Below are positions 30,362-37,636 of a stretch of DNA of 37,636 bases, one piece after another. This stretch comes from Nitriliruptoraceae bacterium. Its GTDB lineage: Bacteria > Actinomycetota > Nitriliruptoria > Nitriliruptorales > Nitriliruptoraceae. Position numbers and translations under genes: made by a program. Position 1 is the first letter of the stretch, and every line of letters starts with the position of its first letter. The notes beneath the pieces are model-generated. The model worked only from the letters and a program-made list of their open reading frames with translations, ran no database searches and was not told the origin of the DNA. The stretch spans positions 1 to 37,636 of the forward strand of contig JBKHDS010000001.1 of assembly GCA_046541215.1 (NCBI GenBank). Direction: 5' to 3'.

Positions 30362-30750
30362 CGGAGACACGCGGAGCGAGCTGGTCGACCTCGGTGGGGA
30401 AGGACCGATGGGATCCAGATCTCACACCCCACCGGCTGGTGGGGTGCAGGACCGGTCCCGATCGACGGCCCCGGACCGTACACCGGGGCGATCCGAGGGC
30501 GCAAGCGGTTCGTCCCCGACGGGCGCCGCCGGTAGGAGCACGCGCGCCGGTGGCGCCGATCGTCGCCCGGCGCGCGTACGGGGACCGGTTGCCCGAGGAT
30601 GGCGCAGGACGGTACGCTCCTGCGACCTGTCCGCACCGGCTTCCGTTGCGGGCGGCCGATGCTGTCCGGCTCATCCCGAGACGCGTCGAGGCTGCCCGTA
30701 CCCTCCACTCCCCGACGCCGTGTGCAACCTCCACCCCCGGGAGCGCCGTC

Positions 30751-30885
30751 GTGAAGCGCACGTTCCAGCCCAACAACCGCCGTCGCAGCCGCAAGCACGG
30801 GTTCCGCGCCCGGATGCAGACGAAGGCGGGCCGCCGCATCGTCAAGAACCGTCGCAGCCGCGGCCGGGCCAAGCTGTCGGCGTGA
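30751..30885 (+). CDS. rpmH: 50S ribosomal protein L34
   Basis: The GTG start gives [44 protein letters not shown], the near-invariant L34 sequence. Confidence 0.95.
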   Translation: MKRTFQPNNRRRSRKHGFRARMQTKAGRRIVKNRRSRGRAKLSA

Positions 30886-31247
30886 CCCCGGTGGTCCCGC
30901 TCCACGGGACGATCCGCTCCGGCCGGGACATCGCACGCGTCGTGCGCTCCCCCCAGCAGCGAGCGGGTCGTCTCCTCGTGATCCACGCGGCGCCGCGCGG
31001 GGATGACGAGCCGGCCCGTGTCGCGGTCATCGCGTCGCGGCGGGTGGGGGGTGCGGTCCAGCGCAACCGCGCGAAGCGTCTGTTGCGCGAGGCCGTGCGC
31101 CACGTACCACTGCCCCCGGGCGTGGACGTGGTGCTGATCGCGCGGCGCGCCTGCGCGGAGAGCGGCTTCGCGGCGGTCCACCATGAGCTCGACCTCCTGA
31201 CGCGATCGGTCGTGATGGAACGACCTGCGGCCGGGGCACGCTCATGA
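30882..31247 (+). CDS. rnpA: ribonuclease P protein component
   Basis: GTGA overlap with the rpmH stop. RNR-type motif [16 protein letters not shown]. Conserved position. Confidence 0.9.
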   Translation: MTPVVPLHGTIRSGRDIARVVRSPQQRAGRLLVIHAAPRGDDEPARVAVIASRRVGGAVQRNRAKRLLREAVRHVPLPPGVDVVLIARRACAESGFAAVHHELDLLTRSVVMERPAAGARS

Positions 31248-31588
31248 GCACGACCGACCCGACCGCCTCCACGTCCACCGTCGGTGGACCGCAACGGGTG
31301 TGGGAGCGGCTCAGTAGCTGGCTGAGTCACGTCGTCCTGCTCCCGGTCTACCTGTGGCGGAGCACCGCCGTTCTGCGTGCACCTCGTTGTCGGTTCCACC
31401 CGACCTGTTCCACGTACGCGGTCCAGGCGGTCCGCGGTCACGGGATCTGTCGCGGGTCGGTGCTGGCGGCGCGGCGGGTCGGCAGGTGCCACCCGTGGAA
31501 CCCGGGTGGCTTCGACCGGGTGCCCGACGTCGCGGATCGCACCGCGTGGCGCCGTCGGTGGACCGGGGCCGGATCCAGACCCAACTGA
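31244..31588 (+). CDS. yidD: membrane protein insertion efficiency factor YidD
   Basis: ATGA overlap with rnpA. Sequence: [46 protein letters not shown]. Confidence 0.85.
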   Translation: MSTTDPTASTSTVGGPQRVWERLSSWLSHVVLLPVYLWRSTAVLRAPRCRFHPTCSTYAVQAVRGHGICRGSVLAARRVGRCHPWNPGGFDRVPDVADRTAWRRRWTGAGSRPN

Positions 31589-31603
31589 CGGAGAGGCCAG
31601 CGC

Positions 31604-32758
31604 GTGTTCGGTGACATCGGTGACAGCATCCTCGGCTTCCTCGAGGCCGTGCTGACCTTCCTCCATGACCTCGTCGAGCCGGTGTTCGGGGTCCACAGTT
31701 GGGGCTGGGCGATCATCCTGCTGACGTTGATCGTGCGGGTGCTGCTGCTGCCGCTCGCGATCAAGCAGACGCGCTCGATGCGCGCGATGCAGGCGATCCA
31801 GCCCAGGATGAAGGAGATCCAGAGCAAGTACAAGGTCGACCGGGAGCTGATGCGCAAGGACCCGGAGCGCTACCGGGCCAAGAAGCAGAAGATGAACGAG
31901 GAGATGATGGCCCTCTACCAGGAGGAGGGCGTCAACCCCGCTGCCAGCTGTCTCCCGCTGCTGGCCCAGGCTCCGGTGTTCATCGCGCTGTTCTGGGCGA
32001 TCCAGGGGATGGAGGAGTTGAGGAACGCCCCGTTCTACTTCTTCACCGAGTTCATCAGCACCGAGGCCGGGGAGGGCTTCGTCGGCCTCGGCGCCCTCGT
32101 GAGCGCGGCTGGGTGGCCGGGATGGCTGCTCATCGCGGTGATGTCGGGGACGATGTTCATCACCCAGAAGCAGATGATGGCGCGCACCGCGGCGACGAAC
32201 GCGGACAACCCGATGGCGCAGCAGCAGAAGATCCTGCTGTACGTCATGCCGGTGTTCCTGGCCGTGATCTCCTTCCAGTTCATGCTCGGGCTGCTGCTGT
32301 ACTGGGTGACCACCAACATCTGGCAGATCGTGCAGCAGTGGGTGATCCTGCGCGATGTCCGCTCGGAGTCGGCCGGCGCCGAGCAGCCCCGCAACACGCC
32401 CGGTGCCGGTGGGACGGGGAGCGCGACCTCAGGGAAGCGGCCTGGCAAGGGAACGAATGATCCCAAGGGGCCGAAGGACGCCAAGGATCCCAAGGACCCC
32501 AAGGACCCCAAGGGGACGACCAAGCCGGCCGCCGGGGATCCCTCTCCCGACGCGGGTGGCGGACCCGCCGTGGAGACCGGGAGCGGCGAGCGATCGGGGT
32601 CGGGCGGGACGACCGGCCAGCGCTCCGGTGGCAAGGGCTCCCCGCCCGACCGACCGAGCAAGGCGAAGGGACCCCGTGCCGGTGGGTCCCGGGGTCCGGA
32701 CGGTCGCGCACCCCGCGACGGTCATCTCCCGAAGCGCGGGCGTAGCGACCGCACCTGA
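31604..32758 (+). CDS. yidC: membrane protein insertase YidC (short Gram-positive type) with a long Lys/Pro/Gly-rich C-terminal tail
   Basis: GTG start with a GGAGAGG SD. WGWAIILLTLIVRVLLLPL, MQAIQPRMKEIQSKYK, CLPLLAQAPVFIALF, LLYWVTTNIWQIVQQ. The tail starts at about residue 250 (about nt 32351). Confidence 0.9.
   Translation: MFGDIGDSILGFLEAVLTFLHDLVEPVFGVHSWGWAIILLTLIVRVLLLPLAIKQTRSMRAMQAIQPRMKEIQSKYKVDRELMRKDPERYRAKKQKMNEEMMALYQEEGVNPAASCLPLLAQAPVFIALFWAIQGMEELRNAPFYFFTEFISTEAGEGFVGLGALVSAAGWPGWLLIAVMSGTMFITQKQMMARTAATNADNPMAQQQKILLYVMPVFLAVISFQFMLGLLLYWVTTNIWQIVQQWVILRDVRSESAGAEQPRNTPGAGGTGSATSGKRPGKGTNDPKGPKDAKDPKDPKDPKGTTKPAAGDPSPDAGGGPAVETGSGERSGSGGTTGQRSGGKGSPPDRPSKAKGPRAGGSRGPDGRAPRDGHLPKRGRSDRT
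32462..32515 (+). repeat. six imperfect tandem 9-bp units (CCCAAGGAC-like) in the yidC tail, encoding PKG/PKD repeats
   Basis: Encodes PKGPKDAKDPKDPKDPKG. Units counted by hand from 32462 to 32515. Confidence 0.7.
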
Positions 32759-32778
32759 CCACCTGACCGCACCTGACC
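32747..32778. repeat. three ACCTGACC units (two as GACCGCACCTGACC) spanning the yidC stop codon and the yidC-jag spacer
   Basis: GACCGCACCTGACC at 32747-32760 and again at 32765-32778, with ACCTGACC at 32761-32768 between them. The first TGA is the yidC stop. Confidence 0.7.
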
Positions 32779-32802
32779 TACCGAAGCTGCAGGAGTTACG
32801 CC

Positions 32803-33513
32803 ATGAGTCGCACCGTACGGGTCGAAGGCACGAGCCTCGAGGAGGCGCTGCGTGCGGCGCTGGCCGAGGTGTCCGGCAGCTCCGAGGTGGAGGTCGAGCT
32901 TCGCGGCCCGGGGCTCAGGTCCTTCTCCGGTGAGGTCGAACTCTCGCTGCTGGTCACCGCTGCTGAGGACGACGGGCGCGACCGGAGGCCCGAACCGATC
33001 GGTGCCGCCGCCTCCACCCGGCCGCGAGCCGCGGGTGACGAGTACGAGATCACCCCGGAGGAGCTGGATGAGGAGGCTGACGCCGCCGCGGACTTCCTTG
33101 AGGGCCTCCTCGATGCTCTGGACCTGCCCGGTGACCTGCGCCTGAAGGTGCACGACGACCACGTCGAGGTGGAGGTCATCGACATCGGGAGCGGTGCGCT
33201 CATCGGCCGCCGCGGCCAGACGCTCGACGCCATCCAGGAACTCGTGCGCTGCTCGCTCCAGCGGCAGTTCCAGCGCCGCTCGAGGGTGAAGGTCGACGCC
33301 GAGGGGTACCGGGCTCGTCGCCTCGAGAAGCTCCTCGAGAAGGCCGACGAGGCCATCGACCTCGTGCTGGATACCGGTGAGCCGCAGCGGCTGGAGCCGA
33401 TGGACGTCTTCGAGCGCAAGGCCGTGCACCGGCTCGTCGCCGAGGTGGAGGGACTCACCAGTCGAAGCCAGGGTCGGGAGCCTGCCCGTCGCATCGTGAT
33501 CGAGGCGGAGTGA
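32803..33513 (+). CDS. jag: Jag/KhpB-type RNA-binding protein (Jag_N, KH and R3H domains)
   Basis: AGGAG SD 7 nt before the ATG. KH-like GALIGRRGQTLDAIQELV. R3H-like EPMDVFERKAVHRLVAEVEGLTSRSQGREPARRIVI. Conserved position after yidC. Confidence 0.85.
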   Translation: MSRTVRVEGTSLEEALRAALAEVSGSSEVEVELRGPGLRSFSGEVELSLLVTAAEDDGRDRRPEPIGAAASTRPRAAGDEYEITPEELDEEADAAADFLEGLLDALDLPGDLRLKVHDDHVEVEVIDIGSGALIGRRGQTLDAIQELVRCSLQRQFQRRSRVKVDAEGYRARRLEKLLEKADEAIDLVLDTGEPQRLEPMDVFERKAVHRLVAEVEGLTSRSQGREPARRIVIEAE

Positions 33514-33536
33514 GGCGGGCGCCATCGCGCGCCGCC
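33514..33536 (+). terminator. GC-rich hairpin immediately after the jag stop (candidate factor-independent terminator without a U-tract)
   Basis: GGCGGGCGC (33514-33522) pairs with GCGC(G)CCGCC (33527-33536), with a CATC loop and one bulged base. Confidence 0.3.
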
Positions 33537-34210
33537 GGGTCCCGGGTACCTCGTCTAGACCCCGGCGGCCTCTCTAGCGAAGTATAGATTCCCTAGCACT
33601 CTCGTTCAGCGTCCGTGGCTCCTTTGCCTTCTCGGTAGGCGGGTTGCTCGCGGTGGTTCCAGATCGGCGCGTCCTTCAGCGAAGCGTCGGATCCGGAGGA
33701 CGGCGTCTGCAGGGTGACATCATCCGGGACCGAGCGCGGCGCGCGTTCGCGACCCGCGTGCACCTGGGACCGGGCTACTCGCACATCGCGTCCCCGTGGG
33801 TGCCGTCCCACCCCTCTATGAGCTGTCGCCCTGCCGATGGGCTCGAGCGAGGTGGCGCTGACAGGATCGCTCCGTAGGCTCTCGTCTCGGTCGTGTCGTA
33901 GCGGCCGAGGCGCACCGCCGGGGGGTCAGGAGCGCAGCGGTGCCGTCGTCCGCGATGACCCCGGACCAGCCTCTCCGTCTGCCCTCGTCCCGGCGATGCA
34001 CGCGCCGAATCGCGAGTAGAACGCTTGAGCGCTGACCGTTCCTGCGCCTCGGTCGGCGTGAGATCGGTGACATGGGGAATGGGTTCAAGGGGCGCTGTGG
34101 CTCGTGGGACCAGGTACTGAACCCGGCCATGCGATGATCCCTGACGCCTCGGCCCGGCGCCCGTTCCCCGAACCGCTCGGGCTCGGGAGCGCAGAGTCTC
34201 GCTGAAGGTG

Positions 34211-34224
34211 GTTGCACGTGGAAA
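34211..34224. other. degenerate parS-like site
   Basis: GTTGCACGTGGAAA has 2 mismatches to the two perfect local palindromes and keeps the CACGTG core. Confidence 0.35.
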
Positions 34225-34303
34225 CGGCATCAGAGGGAGGGCCTGGGAGAAGACGCACGAGACCGCAGCACAGGCTCAAGCTATTCGGCGTCCCAGTCGA
34301 CCC

Positions 34304-34317
34304 GTTCCACGTGGAAC
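34304..34317. other. parS centromere-like site (variant GTTCCACGTGGAAC)
   Basis: Perfect 14-bp palindrome. It matches the conserved parS core GTTNCACGTGNAAC, with symmetric T-to-C and A-to-G changes relative to GTTTCACGTGAAAC. Lies 160 bp upstream of rsmG-parA-parB. Confidence 0.75.
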
Positions 34318-34426
34318 CTTGATCCGGCCGGTAGGCTGCGATCGCCACGGGACCTGAGGTGCGCATGGCCCGGTCCTGCTCGGCGGTACGGGCGCACCGC
34401 GCCCGTACATCACGCTTCCCCTGACC

Positions 34427-34440
34427 GTTCCACGTGGAAC
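34427..34440. other. parS centromere-like site (variant GTTCCACGTGGAAC), second perfect copy
   Basis: Identical 14-mer, and the left flank also matches (CCGTTCCACGTGGAAC in both copies). Lies 38 bp upstream of the rsmG ATG. Confidence 0.75.
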
Positions 34441-34477
34441 GTGCCAGCGCGCCACTCACCGAGTATCCTCCCACGTC

Positions 34478-35101
34478 ATGGACACCGTTGAGCTTTCGCC
34501 GCCACTGCAGCAGCTCGCCGCGCTGATCCTTGCGTCCCCGCACAACCTCGTCTCCCGGTCCGCTCGGCATGAGCTGGAGAGCCGGCACATCCCGGAGTCG
34601 ATCCGTCTCGCGATGCAGCTCCCAAGATCAGAACGATCCCTCCGTCTGTTGGACGTGGGAAGTGGGGGTGGGCTCCCTGGTCTCGTCATCGCCCTGGAGC
34701 GTCCGGATCTCGAGGTCGAGCTCCTGGACGCCAAGCAGAAGAAGGTGGAGTTCCTGCGCCAGGCAGCCTCGGCCCTCGGCCTCACCGTTACGGTGCATCA
34801 CGGCCGAGCGGAGGAGCTTGTGAGGACGGATCTGGGGGCGAGCTTCGATCTCGTCACGGCTCGTGCGGTTGCGCCCCTCGATCGTCTCGTCCCCTGGACG
34901 GTTCCCTTCCTCCGCCCGGGCGGCTTGCTCTTCGCCGTCAAGGGCGAGCGATGGGAACAGGAACTCCTCGAGGCCCAACAGGCCCTGGAGGCGGGTGGTG
35001 CGACCGTTGTGGAGACCCCCCGAACGGCCCAGAGCAGCAGCGGTGAGGGGCCCCGGGTCATCCTGATCGCACGGTCGGTACCCCGAGAGAACACGAGATG
35101 A
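34478..35101 (+). CDS. rsmG: 16S rRNA (guanine527-N7)-methyltransferase RsmG (GidB)
   Basis: SAM-binding LLDVGSGGGLPGLVIA, VELLDAKQKKVEFL, DLVTARAVAPL. Conserved position before parA. Confidence 0.9.
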   Translation: MDTVELSPPLQQLAALILASPHNLVSRSARHELESRHIPESIRLAMQLPRSERSLRLLDVGSGGGLPGLVIALERPDLEVELLDAKQKKVEFLRQAASALGLTVTVHHGRAEELVRTDLGASFDLVTARAVAPLDRLVPWTVPFLRPGGLLFAVKGERWEQELLEAQQALEAGGATVVETPRTAQSSSGEGPRVILIARSVPRENTR

Positions 35102-35102
35102 C

Positions 35103-35993
35103 ATGAACGGACATAGTGATAGCCAAGCCGTGGTCGTCTGTGTCGCGAACCAGAAGGGCGGGGTCGGGAAGACCACCACGGCCATCAGCCTGGCGAGTGG
35201 TTTGGCACTGCTAGGAGCTCGGGTCCTCGCCATCGATCTGGACCCCCAGGGCAATGCGAGCACCGGTCTGGGGGTGCGCATCGACGAGGGCGATGCGTCG
35301 ACCTACGGCGTCCTGGTCGATGGTGACCCGGTCGAGGACGCCGTCCGGCCAACGGAGATCGACGGTCTCGATCTGCTGCCCTCCTCCCTGGACCTGGCGG
35401 GGGCGGAGGTCGAGCTCGTCCCCGCGTTCTCACGTGAGCACCGACTCGAGCGGGCACTGGGCGATATCCGCGGGCGGTACGACGTCATCATCGTGGACTG
35501 TCCCCCGTCCCTGGGGTTGCTCACGATCAACGCGCTCGTCGCGGCCGACCAGGTCCTGGTGCCGATCCAGTGTGAGTACTACGCCCTTGAGGGGCTCAGC
35601 CAACTGCTGCGCACGGTGGAGCTCGTCGAGGCCAACCTCAACCGCGGTCTCGCGGTCGGTGGAGTGGTGCTCACGATGTTCGACGCGCGTACCAACCTGT
35701 CCCAGCAGGTCGCTGATGAGGTGCGCAACCACTTCGGCGATCTGACCTACTCGACGGTGATCCCGCGCAGCGTGCGCCTATCCGAGGCGCCGAGCTTCGG
35801 ACAGCCCATCGCCCTCTACGACCCGTCCAGCCGTGGTGCACGGGCCTACAACCGCCTCGCACGCGAGGTCACAGAGCGGCTGGGCCTCCCGATCGAGCTC
35901 CCGCAGGAGACCGAGGTGGAGCGGCTGCTCGGGGCGAGCTTCTCGGTGACGGCCCCGCCCGCCCGTGACCGCACCGAGGAGGAGCGCGCATGA
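35103..35993 (+). CDS. parA: chromosome partitioning ATPase ParA/Soj
   Basis: Deviant Walker [19 protein letters not shown], then [11 protein letters not shown] and [11 protein letters not shown]. The ATG lies 1 nt after the rsmG stop. Confidence 0.92.
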   Translation: MNGHSDSQAVVVCVANQKGGVGKTTTAISLASGLALLGARVLAIDLDPQGNASTGLGVRIDEGDASTYGVLVDGDPVEDAVRPTEIDGLDLLPSSLDLAGAEVELVPAFSREHRLERALGDIRGRYDVIIVDCPPSLGLLTINALVAADQVLVPIQCEYYALEGLSQLLRTVELVEANLNRGLAVGGVVLTMFDARTNLSQQVADEVRNHFGDLTYSTVIPRSVRLSEAPSFGQPIALYDPSSRGARAYNRLAREVTERLGLPIELPQETEVERLLGASFSVTAPPARDRTEEERA

Positions 35994-37186
35994 GCCGCCG
36001 GACCGGACTTGGCCGAGGCCTCGCCGCGCTCATCCCACCGAGTGACGCGCGTGACGAGGCGCCCCAGGCAGCCCAGGTAGCGACGGATCCCCGCGACGGC
36101 GCCAACCGGGGGGAGCCGGAGGCTCAGGCCGCTGAACCCGGGGAGGTCAGCCGCACGGCGGAGACCGCGCGCTCCGACGAGACCGCGGACCGATCCGAGC
36201 CTCCAGAGGCGACCGGGACCGCGCTCCCGCCGGTCGCCACCGAGGTGGAGGACGCGAGCTCCTCGGCGGCGACCGCGACGGACCACCCGTCCCGCACGAT
36301 CGACGGGCTTGGGTACGCCGAGCTGGATCCCGCCTCGATCCGCCCGAACCCGCGGCAACCCCGTGACGTGTTCGATCCGGACGAGCTCGCGGGGCTCGCC
36401 ACCTCGCTCACCGACGTCGGGATGCTGCAGCCCCTGGTCGTCCGGCCCCTCCAGGACGGTGGGTACGAGCTCATCGCCGGGGAGCGCCGCTGGCGAGCCG
36501 CGCAGCTCGCGGGGCTCGAGGCTGTCCCGGCGCTGGTCCGTCGCACCGAGGATGCCGACCTGCTCAAGGAAGCGCTGGTCGAGAACATCCACCGCGTCCA
36601 GCTCAACCCGCTCGAGGAGGCCGCGGCCTACCAGCAGCTGCTCGAGGAGTTCGGGGTCACGCAGGAGGAGCTCGCGACCCGGCTCGGGCGGTCCCGGCCG
36701 TCCATATCCAACGCCATCCGGCTGCTCGGGCTCCCGGCGGCCATCCAGCGCCGGGTTGCCGCCGGTGTCCTCAGCGCGGGGCACGCCAAAGCGCTCCTCG
36801 CGCTGCCTGACGCCGCCGAGCAGACCCGCCTCGCGGAGCGCATCGTCGCTGAGGGCCTGTCGGTGCGCGCCACCGAGGAGCACGTCCGTCTGCGACTCAC
36901 CGAGGACACCCCCAGCGAGCGTCGTCCCGCAGCCGGGCGGACCCCAACGGCTCCGGGCTTGGTCGAGCTCCAGGATGACCTCTCCGACGCCCTCCAGACC
37001 CGGGTGAGGATCGCTATGGGAGCCCGGAAGGGGAAGCTGACCGTGGAGTTCTCCTCCGTGGATGACCTCGAGCGCATCGTGGCCGTCATCGCGGATGGTC
37101 TCGCGGCGGCGCCCACCGCCACGGAGACGGACGATCCGCGCCCACGCTCGGACGTCACTCCCCGGTGGGAGGATGACGAGAGGTGA
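35990..37186 (+). CDS. parB: chromosome partitioning protein ParB/Spo0J
   Basis: ATGA overlap with parA. N-terminal [11 protein letters not shown] peptide, a low-complexity linker, the ParB box IRPNPRQPR...[11 protein letters not shown], an HTH ([22 protein letters not shown]), and a C-terminal dimerisation region. Confidence 0.92.
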   Translation: MSRRTGLGRGLAALIPPSDARDEAPQAAQVATDPRDGANRGEPEAQAAEPGEVSRTAETARSDETADRSEPPEATGTALPPVATEVEDASSSAATATDHPSRTIDGLGYAELDPASIRPNPRQPRDVFDPDELAGLATSLTDVGMLQPLVVRPLQDGGYELIAGERRWRAAQLAGLEAVPALVRRTEDADLLKEALVENIHRVQLNPLEEAAAYQQLLEEFGVTQEELATRLGRSRPSISNAIRLLGLPAAIQRRVAAGVLSAGHAKALLALPDAAEQTRLAERIVAEGLSVRATEEHVRLRLTEDTPSERRPAAGRTPTAPGLVELQDDLSDALQTRVRIAMGARKGKLTVEFSSVDDLERIVAVIADGLAAAPTATETDDPRPRSDVTPRWEDDER

Positions 37187-37636
37187 CGGTCCCGTCCTCC
37201 TCAGCCAGGAGCGCGAGGTCGGCGAGATCGACGAACAACCCGCAGGCGACGACCCCGGGGAGGAGGGTGATCCAGGTGTCCTCCACCGCAGGGTCCTCGA
37301 TACCGCCGGCACGACGAGCGTCGAGGAGGTGGTTGCCGTTGTCGGTGCGGACCGCCACCCCGGCACCATCCTTGCGAAGCGTGACCTCATAACCACGTTC
37401 CGTGAGAGCGCGCTGGGCCGGTCCGACCGCGAAGGGGATCACCTCGATCGGGAGCGGGAAGCTCTCCCCCAGCCGAGGCACGAGCTTCTCGGCCGTCGCG
37501 ATCAGCACGAAGCGGTCCGCCATGGTCGCCACGACCTTCTCGCGCAGCAGCGCACCGCCTCCGCCCTTGGTGGCGGTGAGCGCCGGGTCGAGCTCGTCCG
37601 CGCCGTCGATCGCGAGATCGAGTCGCTCGACCTCGC
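37155..37636 (-). CDS. rpiA: ribose-5-phosphate isomerase A; the 5' end lies beyond the window
   Basis: The frame stays open to the window end: ...[52 protein letters not shown]...[10 protein letters not shown]. The 3' end overlaps the convergent parB by 32 bp. Confidence 0.85.
   Translation of the reverse strand, partial: EVERLDLAIDGADELDPALTATKGGGGALLREKVVATMADRFVLIATAEKLVPRLGESFPLPIEVIPFAVGPAQRALTERGYEVTLRKDGAGVAVRTDNGNHLLDARRAGGIEDPAVEDTWITLLPGVVACGLFVDLADLALLAEEDGTVTSRHPPTGE

Noticed and set aside
31392-31415. GGTTCCACC and GTTCCACGT inside yidD, resembling the parS half-site and the marR-region motif
   Set aside because: They encode the conserved YidD peptide R-F-H-P-T-C-S-T-Y, there is no dyad partner, and protein-coding constraint explains them.
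33593-34588. Small ORFs in the jag-rsmG gap (33593..33811 -, 33644..33877 +, 33775..34230 -, 33816..34217 -, 34085..34588 -)
   Set aside because: They have no recognisable motifs, no SD sequences that I could see, and they overlap one another. The two I hand-scored (33593..33811 - and 33644..33877 +) have only about 72-74% third-position G/C on opposite strands, so there is no strand-specific coding signal. I treat them as non-coding pending a translated homology search.
35429-35438. CTCACGTGAG palindrome inside parA, considered as an additional parS site
   Set aside because: Only the CACGTG core matches. The flanks (GTTCT/AGCAC) do not align with GTTC/GAAC, and it lies in coding sequence, so it is probably chance.
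35846-37396. 516-aa minus-strand ORF
   Set aside because: Antisense to parB and the end of parA, and Arg/Gly/Pro-rich. parB on the plus strand carries the ParB box and HTH.

Overview
This window is the replication-origin-proximal core of a very GC-rich, actinobacterial-type chromosome. The plus strand carries rpmH-rnpA-yidD-yidC-jag, a roughly 965 bp gap, then rsmG-parA-parB. The minus strand carries dnaA | dnaN-recF-DUF721(DciA-like)-dsbB-like | tlpA-like | gyrB-(two small membrane ORFs)-gyrA-lipoprotein-DUF3566, then tRNA-Ile.

The left half holds a complete group 3b-type (Hyh/sulfhydrogenase-like) [NiFe]-hydrogenase operon of four subunits plus an endopeptidase. It faces a convergent hypF-hypC-hypD-hypE maturation operon. 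That half also holds a CHASE-GAF-GGDEF diguanylate cyclase divergent from a MarR regulator, a PlsC-family acyltransferase, two alpha/beta hydrolases, a small coiled-coil membrane protein and a partial DapA-family aldolase. A partial rpiA lies at the right edge.

I found no CRISPR array, transposase, integrase, prophage or recognisable defence system. Most long ORFs in the track are off-frame or antisense artefacts of high GC content.

The observations most worth follow-up:
1. Two translationally coupled small membrane-protein genes sit between gyrB and gyrA.
2. A DsbB-like/TlpA-like disulfide module is coupled by a GTGA overlap to the DUF721/DciA-like gene, inside the recF-gyrB core.
3. The jag-rsmG gap looks non-coding and less GC-rich. 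It carries two perfect copies of a symmetric parS variant (GTTCCACGTGGAAC), one degenerate copy, a CTAG-rich AT patch and a strong hairpin.
4. A dense GTGGAAC/TCCAC(A/C) motif cluster lies in the marR-diguanylate cyclase divergent region.
5. The hydrogenase/hyp locus has no hypA or hypB in the window, and is bracketed by a cupredoxin-like membrane protein and a hypE-coupled alpha/beta hydrolase.

All coordinates and motif matches were counted by hand, so start codons in particular are provisional.
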